Origin: Gammaproteobacteria bacterium
Lineage (GTDB): Bacteria; Pseudomonadota; Gammaproteobacteria; Pseudomonadales; JADFDG01
Assembly: GCA_018262975.1 (NCBI GenBank)
Contig: JADFDG010000002.1
Span: forward strand, 93,523 to 157,522
DNA: 64,000 nt
Direction of reading: 5' to 3'
The notes under the pieces were generated by a model, which saw only the letters and a list, made by a program, of their open reading frames with translations, searched no databases and had not been told where the DNA came from. A program made the position numbers and the translations under genes. The first letter of the stretch is position 1. The number at the start of each line of letters is the position of its first letter. This document shows positions 7,138-15,726 of this stretch, in pieces.

Positions 7138-8549
7138 ACGACACCCGTACCGACAAGAAGTGCCGCACGGTCTACGACCAGCACGGCACCGCCCATGAAC
7201 TCGTCGCCATGCTCGGGCGCGGCGGCCAGGGTGGCGTTTACACCACCACCATCCCCAACGTGCTGGTCAAGCTCGTCAACAAGACCGACGAGGACACCGT
7301 GCGCGAATGGAAGCAGCGGTTCCGCTGGATCATGTGCCAGCCCCTGGAAGCGTTGCACATCGCCAGGCCGCGTGCGGTGATCGACCGGCCCTCGTCACGC
7401 GCCGGCTACGTCATGGAGCTCATGGACGGGCTGGTGCCGCTCGGCAGGCTGCTGGTGGAGACGCGCGACTGCCAGCGCACCGGGCAAGGGCTGACCGCCT
7501 TTCACCAGAGCGGCAGTGTACGCCGGCGCTTCCGGCTGCTCGCCAAGCTCGCGCGGCAAATGGCCGAACTGCATGGCCGCGGCCTGATCTACGGCGACCT
7601 TTCGCCGCACAACGTGTTCGTGTCTGCGGACAACGAGCATGACGAAGTCTGGCTCATCGACTGTGACAACCTGAGCGTGCTCAGCCGCGTCTCAGGTGCC
7701 CGGGTCTACACGCCCGATTACGGCGCGCCCGAGGTCATGCGTGGAGAAGCATTCATCGACCCGAATACGGACAGCTGGAGTTTCGGGGTAATTGCCTTCG
7801 AACTGCTGTCGATGGCCCACCCGCTCAAGGGCGACAAGGTCAACGAGGGCGAGCCGGAGCTCGAAGAGCAAGCGTTGCTCGGCGAATTTCCGTGGATCGA
7901 CGCACCAGAAAGCGAGGAGAACCGCAGCAGCCAGGGAATCCCGCGGATACTGGTGACCACCAAGCGTCTGCGCGCGTTGTTCGAGCGCTGCTTTGGAGCC
8001 GGTCGGCAGGACCCGGGGCAACGCCCGTCGCTTGCCGAATGGGCGGAAGGATTCGAGGCGGCCGACGCCGTTACTGTCCTGTGCCCGGGGTGCAGTGCCT
8101 CCTACGTGATACGCGGCGCCAAGGAATGCCCTTTCTGTGGCGCTCCCGAGGATCGCAGCCGGATCGTCATCCTGACCCATTACGACTACATGCCGCCGGC
8201 CTGCTTTCACGACCTGCTCGGCAAGGACCACGCAGGGGTGCTCGTCACCAAGACGGGCTTCGGTGCCGTGCTCGCCGACCGCCCGCTCGAACTTCGCCTG
8301 TCGCCCCCCGGTCGGGCCGCGTGGGCAGACAGCGACCCCCTGTGCACACTGACACTGCGGGAGAACACCCTCCACATCGAGCCACGCAATGGGGCCTCCT
8401 ACGTGCTGGGCCAGGTGGGTGGCGGCGATCCGGTGCGTTTTACTCGCCCCCGCGAGCTGCCCCGCACCGCCGGAAGCAGCGCGCGCACCTACGAGCTCCA
8501 CCTGGGCGACACCGGTGGCCTGCACCCGATGTGGGGATTCGGGTGGTAA
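7134..8549 (+). CDS. Ser/Thr protein kinase with C-terminal zinc ribbon and unassigned domain
   Basis: Gly-rich loop GRGGQGGVY, catalytic loop YGDLSPHNVFV, LIDCDN (DFG-equivalent), YTPDYGAPE (APE). Zinc ribbon CPGCSASY...CPFCG. ATG 7134 overlaps the PP2C stop (ATGA); the track start is GTG 7125. Confidence 0.85.
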   Translation: MNDTRTDKKCRTVYDQHGTAHELVAMLGRGGQGGVYTTTIPNVLVKLVNKTDEDTVREWKQRFRWIMCQPLEALHIARPRAVIDRPSSRAGYVMELMDGLVPLGRLLVETRDCQRTGQGLTAFHQSGSVRRRFRLLAKLARQMAELHGRGLIYGDLSPHNVFVSADNEHDEVWLIDCDNLSVLSRVSGARVYTPDYGAPEVMRGEAFIDPNTDSWSFGVIAFELLSMAHPLKGDKVNEGEPELEEQALLGEFPWIDAPESEENRSSQGIPRILVTTKRLRALFERCFGAGRQDPGQRPSLAEWAEGFEAADAVTVLCPGCSASYVIRGAKECPFCGAPEDRSRIVILTHYDYMPPACFHDLLGKDHAGVLVTKTGFGAVLADRPLELRLSPPGRAAWADSDPLCTLTLRENTLHIEPRNGASYVLGQVGGGDPVRFTRPRELPRTAGSSARTYELHLGDTGGLHPMWGFGW

Positions 8550-8552
8550 CGC

Positions 8553-11500
8553 ATGAAACTCTGTGAATTCGCCCTGACAGACCCGACGCTCTTCCGGTTC
8601 CGCGAGGACACGATTCAGCCGACGACCGGCTGGGTCGCCGACGAAGAACTCGAGCTGCTGAAGACCACCGACGGGCTGTATCTCGCGAAGCAGGGCGATG
8701 CGCTCACGACGCTCGTGCCCGTGGATCGGCGCGGCGAAGTCGACCTGCTGCTGACGCAGCGAACGGTGTTCTGGATCTTGCGCAACGATCCGTCGGGCGG
8801 GAAGGGTGCGTTCGAATTGCAGCTCGTGAGGCCTCTCGAATCCCGGGAGGTGGACGAACTGGAAATCTGCATCGACGACAAGGTGGCGGAATTTCTGGCT
8901 CGCCGCAATGAGATACCCAACGCGGATGCGGGCCAGGCCGTGGACTGGTGCCGCGACGAGTTCCTGTCGGATTCCGGTGGCATCCCCCGCCTGTTCGTAG
9001 CACGGCATGGCAATGACGCCACAGGGACCTACCAGCTCATCGGCCGCCGCTATCGCGCGGACACCGCCATCGACGCCGCCGGCAAGTTGCTGGTCAGGCG
9101 CCTGGCACCAGTTCCCTCCCCGGCACCGGATTTCGTAGTGCTGACCGGCTCCATCGCCTTCGTCGATTACTCGGTTGCCATACGCCTGCTGGGCGCTGCC
9201 CAACAGGCTGCCCTCGAACAGGCGACCGCTTCCAACCGTGGCTACCTAGACCTGTGGCGCCGCTATGCCGAGAAGGAGTGGGAAGTCTGCGTGAACGACG
9301 CGGCCAAGATCGGCAGCATCCGTTTTCACGGAACCCGCGAACGCGATGACGGCCCGGGCTATGTCTTCAAGACGGACCCGGCGCAATTGCAGGAATTCCG
9401 CCAACGCTGGAACGGCGTTGCCACGAGCGACGACACGCAACTTGCCGTGGACGACGAGGCACCGACCTGGGACCCCGCGGATCCAAACTCGTACGCGTCG
9501 ATCGGCTATCGAGGCGGCGGCTTTGCCGGCAGTGTTGTCCGCTTCCTGGACGACGGCATCGAGATCAAGTCGAACTACGACACCGCCCCACCTGAACGCG
9601 GGTACCTGTTCGTTTCGCTGTCCGGCGAGCGGAAGATGCAGAAGCGCCGTGAGGAGGCTTACCTCGGGATCGAGAGCCGGGCGCGGCTGCCGCAGTTGCG
9701 CTGGCTGCTCGAGGAGCTGCCGGTCGACGTGGCATCCCACCAGCGATTTACGCCGGTAATTACCCCGGCGGTGCGCCGCATCTTCCGCGAGGAACCGACC
9801 CAGCGCCAGCGGGACGCGATCGACGTAGCGCTGCACACCCCGGACATCGCCCTGATCATCGGCCCGCCCGGTACGGGTAAGACGCAGGTCATCGCGGCCA
9901 TCGAGCGGCGCCTGGCCGAGGACAGCAGTGCCACGCGGGATCACCGGGTACTTATCTGCAGCATCCAGCATGATGCGGTGGACAATGCCCTTGAACGTAC
10001 CCAGGCGTTCGGGCTGCCGCCGTTGCGCGTCGGCGGCAAGGAAAACGCCCGCAATGAAGGGGGGGACGCGGTAATCCAGTGGTGCGATCACAAGCAGAAG
10101 GTCGTCTCGCAGCACATCGAGGAGCGTGAAAAGAGCGAGCCTGATGCGCCGCTGCTGCGCCAGGTGACGGAGGCCATTGCCCAACTGCGGTTTGGCCATC
10201 TCACCGCAGCAAGCCGGCTGCAGATGTTCGAGGAACTGGAGACCAACCTGCAGGCCCTCGCCGACCGTGGCGTCCGGCTGCCCACCCCGGTGGTCGTGGA
10301 GCTCGAGACCTACCTCGCGTATGCGCGCACCCGGACGGCGGCCGCCCGCCCGGAGCACCGCAGTCATTTGCAGCCCCTGATCCGTGCGCTGCGAACGACA
10401 ACCGAGGGCTTCCTGGACGACGGCCCCGCGCGCGCCCGGCGGCTGACCGATGCCCTGGCCGGTGATGTGTCGGCAGCCCGCTATCACCCGCGGCTGGCCG
10501 AATTCACTGACTGGGACGGCGTCTCGCCTGCAACGGATTTCCTGGAGCGCGCTGCGCGACTGCGCGCCGAACTGCTGGAGTGGTCACTGCCCGACTACCG
10601 TCCCCCCGCCGTCCGCACCCGACTGGACGACGAGGGTGACCGTGTGCTCGCCGAAATCGAGGCCGCCCTGTCGAGCCACCTGGCACGCAGCCGCCGCGGG
10701 ATCACGGGCGTGCTGACCAACTTCCGCGATGCCCTGTTGCACTCGCCGAGGCGGGCACACGATTCGGCTGCCGCCTATGCCCACGTCGTGGGCGCCACCT
10801 GCCAGCAGGCACTGCACCGCGACATGGCCACCGTGCAGGACGTTTCGCGCGCCGACGTAGCGTCGATCAGCTTCGACACGGTGATCATCGACGAGGCAGC
10901 GCGCGCCAACCCGCTGGACCTGTTCGTGCCGATGTCACTGGCGACGCGCAGGATCGTACTGGTCGGCGACCATCGCCAGCTGCCGCACCTGCTGCAGGCG
11001 GACATCGAGGAAGAGGTATCCGAAGACCTCAACCTCGAGGAGGCCCAGCGGCGAGCCTACAAGGAGAGCCTATTCGAGCGCCTGTGGCGCCAGCTGAGCC
11101 AGCGCCAGCTCGAGGGTGATGCACGCCGCGTCGTCATGCTCGACACACAGTTCCGCATGCACCCCGTGCTGGGCGACTTCGTCAGCCGCCAGTTCTATGA
11201 GCGACACGGCCTGGACCGCATCGAGTCCGGGCGCAAGCCGGAGTCCTTTGCCTCGGACATTCCCGGTTACGAGAACAAGGTCTGTGCGTGGATCAATGTG
11301 CCCGGCCATGACGACTCCCGCCGCGAACGCCGCAACAAGGTGCGCAGCCTGTACCGCGACACCGAGGCGAAGGTCGTGGCCGAGGAGGCCGCGCGCCTGC
11401 TGCATCAATGCGACCGCGCACTGAGCCTCGGCATCATCTCCTTCTACCGTGCGCAGGTAGACGCCATCTACCGCGAACTGGCGAAACGCGACATCGCCGA

Positions 11501-11873
11501 GCCGGACGGCAAAGGCGGCTATCGCCTGCTGTCCGAATACCGGCACACGCCGGACGGTGGCGAACGCCTGCGCATCGGCACCGTCGACGCATTCCAGGGC
11601 AAGGAATTCGACATCGTCATCCTGTCGGCGGTCAGGTCGAACAATCAGCCCCGGCCACGCACCGGCGCCGCCGATGCGGAGCGCGCGGCCAACACCTGTT
11701 ATGGCCACCTCCGGCTCTCCAATCGCCTCAATGTGGCGATGAGCCGCCAACGCAGCCTGCTGATCACGGTCGGCGACCTCGACTTCATGTGCGAGCCGTC
11801 GGCACGCGAATATCTCCCGGAGATCCAGGCGTTCATTGAACTCTGCAGGAGCGAACATGGCAGCGTTCGCTGA
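8553..11873 (+). CDS. Upf1/DNA2-like superfamily-1 helicase (AAA_11/AAA_12) with ~400-aa unassigned N-terminal region (CnuH-like)
   Basis: Walker [12 protein letters not shown], Walker B VIIDEAARA, LVGDHRQLP, LDTQFRMHP, GIISFYRAQV, TVDAFQGKEFDIVILS, RLNVAMSRQR. Confidence 0.85.
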   Translation: MKLCEFALTDPTLFRFREDTIQPTTGWVADEELELLKTTDGLYLAKQGDALTTLVPVDRRGEVDLLLTQRTVFWILRNDPSGGKGAFELQLVRPLESREVDELEICIDDKVAEFLARRNEIPNADAGQAVDWCRDEFLSDSGGIPRLFVARHGNDATGTYQLIGRRYRADTAIDAAGKLLVRRLAPVPSPAPDFVVLTGSIAFVDYSVAIRLLGAAQQAALEQATASNRGYLDLWRRYAEKEWEVCVNDAAKIGSIRFHGTRERDDGPGYVFKTDPAQLQEFRQRWNGVATSDDTQLAVDDEAPTWDPADPNSYASIGYRGGGFAGSVVRFLDDGIEIKSNYDTAPPERGYLFVSLSGERKMQKRREEAYLGIESRARLPQLRWLLEELPVDVASHQRFTPVITPAVRRIFREEPTQRQRDAIDVALHTPDIALIIGPPGTGKTQVIAAIERRLAEDSSATRDHRVLICSIQHDAVDNALERTQAFGLPPLRVGGKENARNEGGDAVIQWCDHKQKVVSQHIEEREKSEPDAPLLRQVTEAIAQLRFGHLTAASRLQMFEELETNLQALADRGVRLPTPVVVELETYLAYARTRTAAARPEHRSHLQPLIRALRTTTEGFLDDGPARARRLTDALAGDVSAARYHPRLAEFTDWDGVSPATDFLERAARLRAELLEWSLPDYRPPAVRTRLDDEGDRVLAEIEAALSSHLARSRRGITGVLTNFRDALLHSPRRAHDSAAAYAHVVGATCQQALHRDMATVQDVSRADVASISFDTVIIDEAARANPLDLFVPMSLATRRIVLVGDHRQLPHLLQADIEEEVSEDLNLEEAQRRAYKESLFERLWRQLSQRQLEGDARRVVMLDTQFRMHPVLGDFVSRQFYERHGLDRIESGRKPESFASDIPGYENKVCAWINVPGHDDSRRERRNKVRSLYRDTEAKVVAEEAARLLHQCDRALSLGIISFYRAQVDAIYRELAKRDIAEPDGKGGYRLLSEYRHTPDGGERLRIGTVDAFQGKEFDIVILSAVRSNNQPRPRTGAADAERAANTCYGHLRLSNRLNVAMSRQRSLLITVGDLDFMCEPSAREYLPEIQAFIELCRSEHGSVR

Positions 11874-13350
11874 CCGCTATCTCCGCTACGAGCGCGGGCC
11901 CAAAGGCAGCAAGACCGTGCTTTGGCCGGTCTATGCCTGGCCCGTGTACTTCCCGACACCGCGGCGCAATCAACTGGACCTCTTCCAGGAAGCCATTCTC
12001 GGGCTGATGCGTGCCGGCGTACGCCAGGCGCGTGATATCGGCGACTTGCTCGCCCTCGACGCCGAACTCGTGGCCTTCATCATTTCCGCCACCCTGATCC
12101 CCGAAGGCTGGACCGACCGGAACGGCCGCCTGACCGAAAAGGGAGAACGCGTGCTCGAGACCGGCAACACCCGCGCCGACGACATGACCCGCGGCGTCGT
12201 GTTCCAGGACGCCGTCACGTTGCGACTGTGGCCCCGGTTTTCCCGCATGCCTCTTGAGGAGATTGAAGCCCTGGAGCAGGGCGATTCACACCGCCCACGA
12301 TTCATGCTGAACAGGACGAGTGGCTTCTCCGTGAAACCCTTCCTGGTGGAAGGTGCGCGTCCCTGGCGATCCACGCCGACGGCATCCGATATCTTCGAGG
12401 CCTTTCGCGAGTTCCTCGGCGACGCGAACCGGCGGCGAGGCGACGGTGGCGACGAACTGGCGCAGCGCGTCCGCTCAGGCGATATCCGCCTTGCCTCACA
12501 AAATCCGGAGCCGTACTACCTCTGGGTCGATGCCTATCGAAACCCTGAGAGCAGTTACCCGTGGCTGATCGCCGATCCTTTCGGTTACATCGACGCGGCG
12601 CCCTGGCTTCGCCACAACGTGGCACGCAAGCTCGATGGGTCTGCCGACGGCAGGCCTGACGCGCCGCTCGCGGGATACCTGAAGACGCTGTACGACAAGT
12701 CCGAGACCGCGAACGACTCTTTCGACGCCTATTTCAGGGAGATCGACGAGAGGGTAAACCTCGAACTGATGGCGAAGTATCCCGGGGTAACCAAGGACAA
12801 GCGAATCGCGGAGCAGTTCGCCACAGTGCTGCGCGTATCGGAGCACCTTCGGTCGCTTGGCAGGCACGTCAAATCCGACGCCATCGATTCCCTGATGAGC
12901 GAGAACCAGAAGCTTGGCGAAGTCGTCCTCAAGCAGGTCTATCGGCAGTTCACGATCCCGGGCGACAAGGTGCCGGTCGCGTGGAAGTACAAACAATTGC
13001 GCCAGGCCTACGCCGCCATGAACCTGGCCTTTCTCGATCAGGACGCCCTCGATGCGCTGCCGAAGGTGCCGGCCGATTCCGTCAACTCCGCAATTGACAG
13101 GAACGGTGACGTCTCGCTGAAGGCCTGCGTCGCGCTCAATGTGTTTTCCGCCTGGAAGCATTCCGGCCACCCGTTCAACAGCATGACAGCGGCAGACACA
13201 GGTATCGGCCGGCTGATAGCCCTTGCCAATGACCGCAACCTGTCAAGCCACGCCTCAGACCCCGGCCGCGGAAAGAACACGGCCGACAAAGCACTTGCTC
13301 ACGCCGATTTCATCACCGCGTGGGCCGCCCAATTCACCAACTGGTACTGA
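11857..13350 (+). CDS. hypothetical protein with C-terminal HEPN-like RNxxxH motif
   Basis: ATG 11857 is preceded by GGAG and overlaps the helicase end by 17 nt. Near the C-terminus, LANDRNLSSHAS fits the HEPN R-x4-H (RNxxxH) motif. The N-terminal region (LFQEAILGLMRAG...) may be wHTH. Weak by-eye call. Confidence 0.5.
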   Translation: MAAFADRYLRYERGPKGSKTVLWPVYAWPVYFPTPRRNQLDLFQEAILGLMRAGVRQARDIGDLLALDAELVAFIISATLIPEGWTDRNGRLTEKGERVLETGNTRADDMTRGVVFQDAVTLRLWPRFSRMPLEEIEALEQGDSHRPRFMLNRTSGFSVKPFLVEGARPWRSTPTASDIFEAFREFLGDANRRRGDGGDELAQRVRSGDIRLASQNPEPYYLWVDAYRNPESSYPWLIADPFGYIDAAPWLRHNVARKLDGSADGRPDAPLAGYLKTLYDKSETANDSFDAYFREIDERVNLELMAKYPGVTKDKRIAEQFATVLRVSEHLRSLGRHVKSDAIDSLMSENQKLGEVVLKQVYRQFTIPGDKVPVAWKYKQLRQAYAAMNLAFLDQDALDALPKVPADSVNSAIDRNGDVSLKACVALNVFSAWKHSGHPFNSMTAADTGIGRLIALANDRNLSSHASDPGRGKNTADKALAHADFITAWAAQFTNWY

Positions 13351-13353
13351 ACC

Positions 13354-15723
13354 ATGGGAAAAAAGGACAAGAACAAGTACAACAGCAGCATCCCGCAGCA
13401 GACCGCCCGCCAGGCACCCGCTCCGGCCAAGGTGGACACCCACAAAGTCGTTGCTGCGGCAGCGAACATTGCTTCGCTGACCGGCGGGCACGCACCAGCC
13501 TGGGACGAGAAGCAACTCACGTCGCTGGTTGACGTGCTGGATGGCGATTCACGCCAGCGGTTTGCCTCGATTGCGGAAGAGCTCGCCTCGCTGGGCCGCG
13601 CCGCACGCGAACTCGTCGAAACGCGGGACGCCATTCAGGCGGAGCTTGATCGCCGGCATGCCGAACTGAAGGACCGTGAACGGATGCTTTCCGAGGCGCA
13701 GGCGGAGGCCGAGCGCCTGCGCGCGGAGGCGAGCAAGACTGCCGACCAGGCGAACGCACGACGGCTCGAACTGATTGAGATCGAGCAGCGGGTTGCGCGG
13801 GAGGAAGCCAAGGTCAGGAACGGCTGTATTGACGAGCGCGAGGCCGCCCTGCGCGAACTTCGCGTGGAGATCGACACACTGCTCGACCGCAAGAAGGACC
13901 TGCTGCTCGAGAATGAGCGAGCGCGGCAGTCCATCTCTGCGGAGAGGGCCGCCCTGCAGGAACAGGCACTGGCTCTACTTGAGGTTGAGCGCAAGGCGCT
14001 GGACGCTCGACAGGCCGATCTCCAGCGCGAGGCGACGAGGGTGAAGCATCTTGCGATGGACGTCGAGGCGAAGCGCTCTGCCGACATGGCCCTTCTTGAT
14101 CAGGAGAAGGAGCACCTCCGCTCACAGTTCTTGCAGAATGAGGAACACCTAAAGATCAAGCTGGCCATTGCCGAAAGCCGGGCCAAGAGGATCGCCGAGG
14201 GAGAGGCTCGCCTACAGCAGGAGCTCCAGCAGTACGAGGAACTGCGCGACGTGCTGGCCGGTCGGCCGCCCGCCTCGCTGGTGGACGAGCTGGACGAGCT
14301 GCGTCGCGAGCGCAACGCCCTTGCCTCCAGGGTCGCAGAACTGAGCTCGCTCAGCAGCACACGCGACTACGAGCGGGTCGCACACGAGCGTGAGGACCTC
14401 TCCGCGCGCCTGGCGGAAGCCGAATCCCGTCTCGCGGCAGCCAACGCAACCCTGGGAGCGCACCGGACCTTGGCATACGAGCGCGCCTCGCTCGAGAAGG
14501 AAAACGCCCTGATGAAGGGAAAGACCACGCTCCTCGACGGCATGATCAAGGAACTCCAGGCACAGATCGACACGCTGACCAACCAGCAGCAACAGAAGGT
14601 CCCGTTCCCGGAGTGCTCCAGGATGGACGCGCCCGAGTTCCAACGCCCCGTTGCCGTAGAACCCGTTCCGGAACTGCAGCAGTTCGCGGAGGAGTTGCGG
14701 CACCGTATTGCGCAATCCGAGCCTGGCAACCCGCTGTACTACGATGCGTCCACGCTGCGCCTGTTCATTGGCGGCCTGGCAATGAGCCGCCTGCACGTAC
14801 TGCAGGGCATCAGCGGCACCGGCAAGACCAGTCTCGCCCAGGCCTTCACCAAGGCCGTTGGCGGTCATTGCGAGGTGATCCCGGTACAGGCCGGCTGGCG
14901 TGACAAATACGACTTGCTCGGACACTACAATGCGTTCGAAAAGCGCTATTACGAGAAGGACTGCCTGCAGACCCTCTACCGCGCCCAGACCGAGGCTCAC
15001 CGGGACCAGCTTCACGTCGTCCTGCTTGACGAGATGAACCTGTCGCGTCCCGAGCAGTATTTCGCGGAGTTCCTGTCGGCCCTCGAGCAGAAGGAGAGCT
15101 CCCGGATCATCACGCTGATGGAATCGGCACCGGCGAACGCCCCGAGCCTGCTCATCGATGGCCGCCGCATCCGGGTGCCCAACAACGTCTGGTTCATTGG
15201 TACCGCCAACCATGACGAAACGACGCACGAGTTTGCGGACAAGACCTACGATCGCTCGCACGTGATGGATCTGCCGCGCCATGTCGGCACCTTCGATATT
15301 CACAAGTTCGAGCCAACGCGCTATTCGTATTCGTCGCTTGAGGAGGCATTCCGGAAGGCCTGGAGCAAACACGAGAAGGCGTGCGCGAGCTTCCTGCGCT
15401 TTGTCTCGCACAGCGAGTTCACCCAGGTGCTCGAAAATACCTATGGCCTGGGTTGGGGCAACCGCTTCGAGCGCCAGGCGCACCACTTCCTGCCGGTGGT
15501 GAAGGAGTGCGGCGGCACCTTCGAGGAAGGTCTCGACCACCTGCTGGCCACCCGCATGTTCCGCGCCGGCAAGATCGCTGCGCGCTACGACCGCACAGCG
15601 GAAGACCTCAAGAAGATCGAGGATGCACTGCTCAAGACCTGGAAGCAGAACAAGCTGGCCGGCGAGCCCGAGCGATGCATGGACCGGATCCGCAAGGACC
15701 GCCTGCGCTACGGGGCGGAGTGA
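13354..15723 (+). CDS. McrB-like AAA+ GTPase with ~350-aa N-terminal coiled coil (CnuB-like)
   Basis: Residues ~60-420 are charged, Ala/Leu/Glu/Arg-rich and heptad-like (ELKDRERMLSEAQAEAERLRAEA...). The C-terminal AAA_5/McrB core has GISGTGKTSLAQ (Walker A), VVLLDEMNLSRPEQYFAEFLS (Walker B region) and WFIGTANHDET (compare the McrB NTAD motif). Confidence 0.8.
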   Translation: MGKKDKNKYNSSIPQQTARQAPAPAKVDTHKVVAAAANIASLTGGHAPAWDEKQLTSLVDVLDGDSRQRFASIAEELASLGRAARELVETRDAIQAELDRRHAELKDRERMLSEAQAEAERLRAEASKTADQANARRLELIEIEQRVAREEAKVRNGCIDEREAALRELRVEIDTLLDRKKDLLLENERARQSISAERAALQEQALALLEVERKALDARQADLQREATRVKHLAMDVEAKRSADMALLDQEKEHLRSQFLQNEEHLKIKLAIAESRAKRIAEGEARLQQELQQYEELRDVLAGRPPASLVDELDELRRERNALASRVAELSSLSSTRDYERVAHEREDLSARLAEAESRLAAANATLGAHRTLAYERASLEKENALMKGKTTLLDGMIKELQAQIDTLTNQQQQKVPFPECSRMDAPEFQRPVAVEPVPELQQFAEELRHRIAQSEPGNPLYYDASTLRLFIGGLAMSRLHVLQGISGTGKTSLAQAFTKAVGGHCEVIPVQAGWRDKYDLLGHYNAFEKRYYEKDCLQTLYRAQTEAHRDQLHVVLLDEMNLSRPEQYFAEFLSALEQKESSRIITLMESAPANAPSLLIDGRRIRVPNNVWFIGTANHDETTHEFADKTYDRSHVMDLPRHVGTFDIHKFEPTRYSYSSLEEAFRKAWSKHEKACASFLRFVSHSEFTQVLENTYGLGWGNRFERQAHHFLPVVKECGGTFEEGLDHLLATRMFRAGKIAARYDRTAEDLKKIEDALLKTWKQNKLAGEPERCMDRIRKDRLRYGAE

Positions 15724-15726
15724 CGC

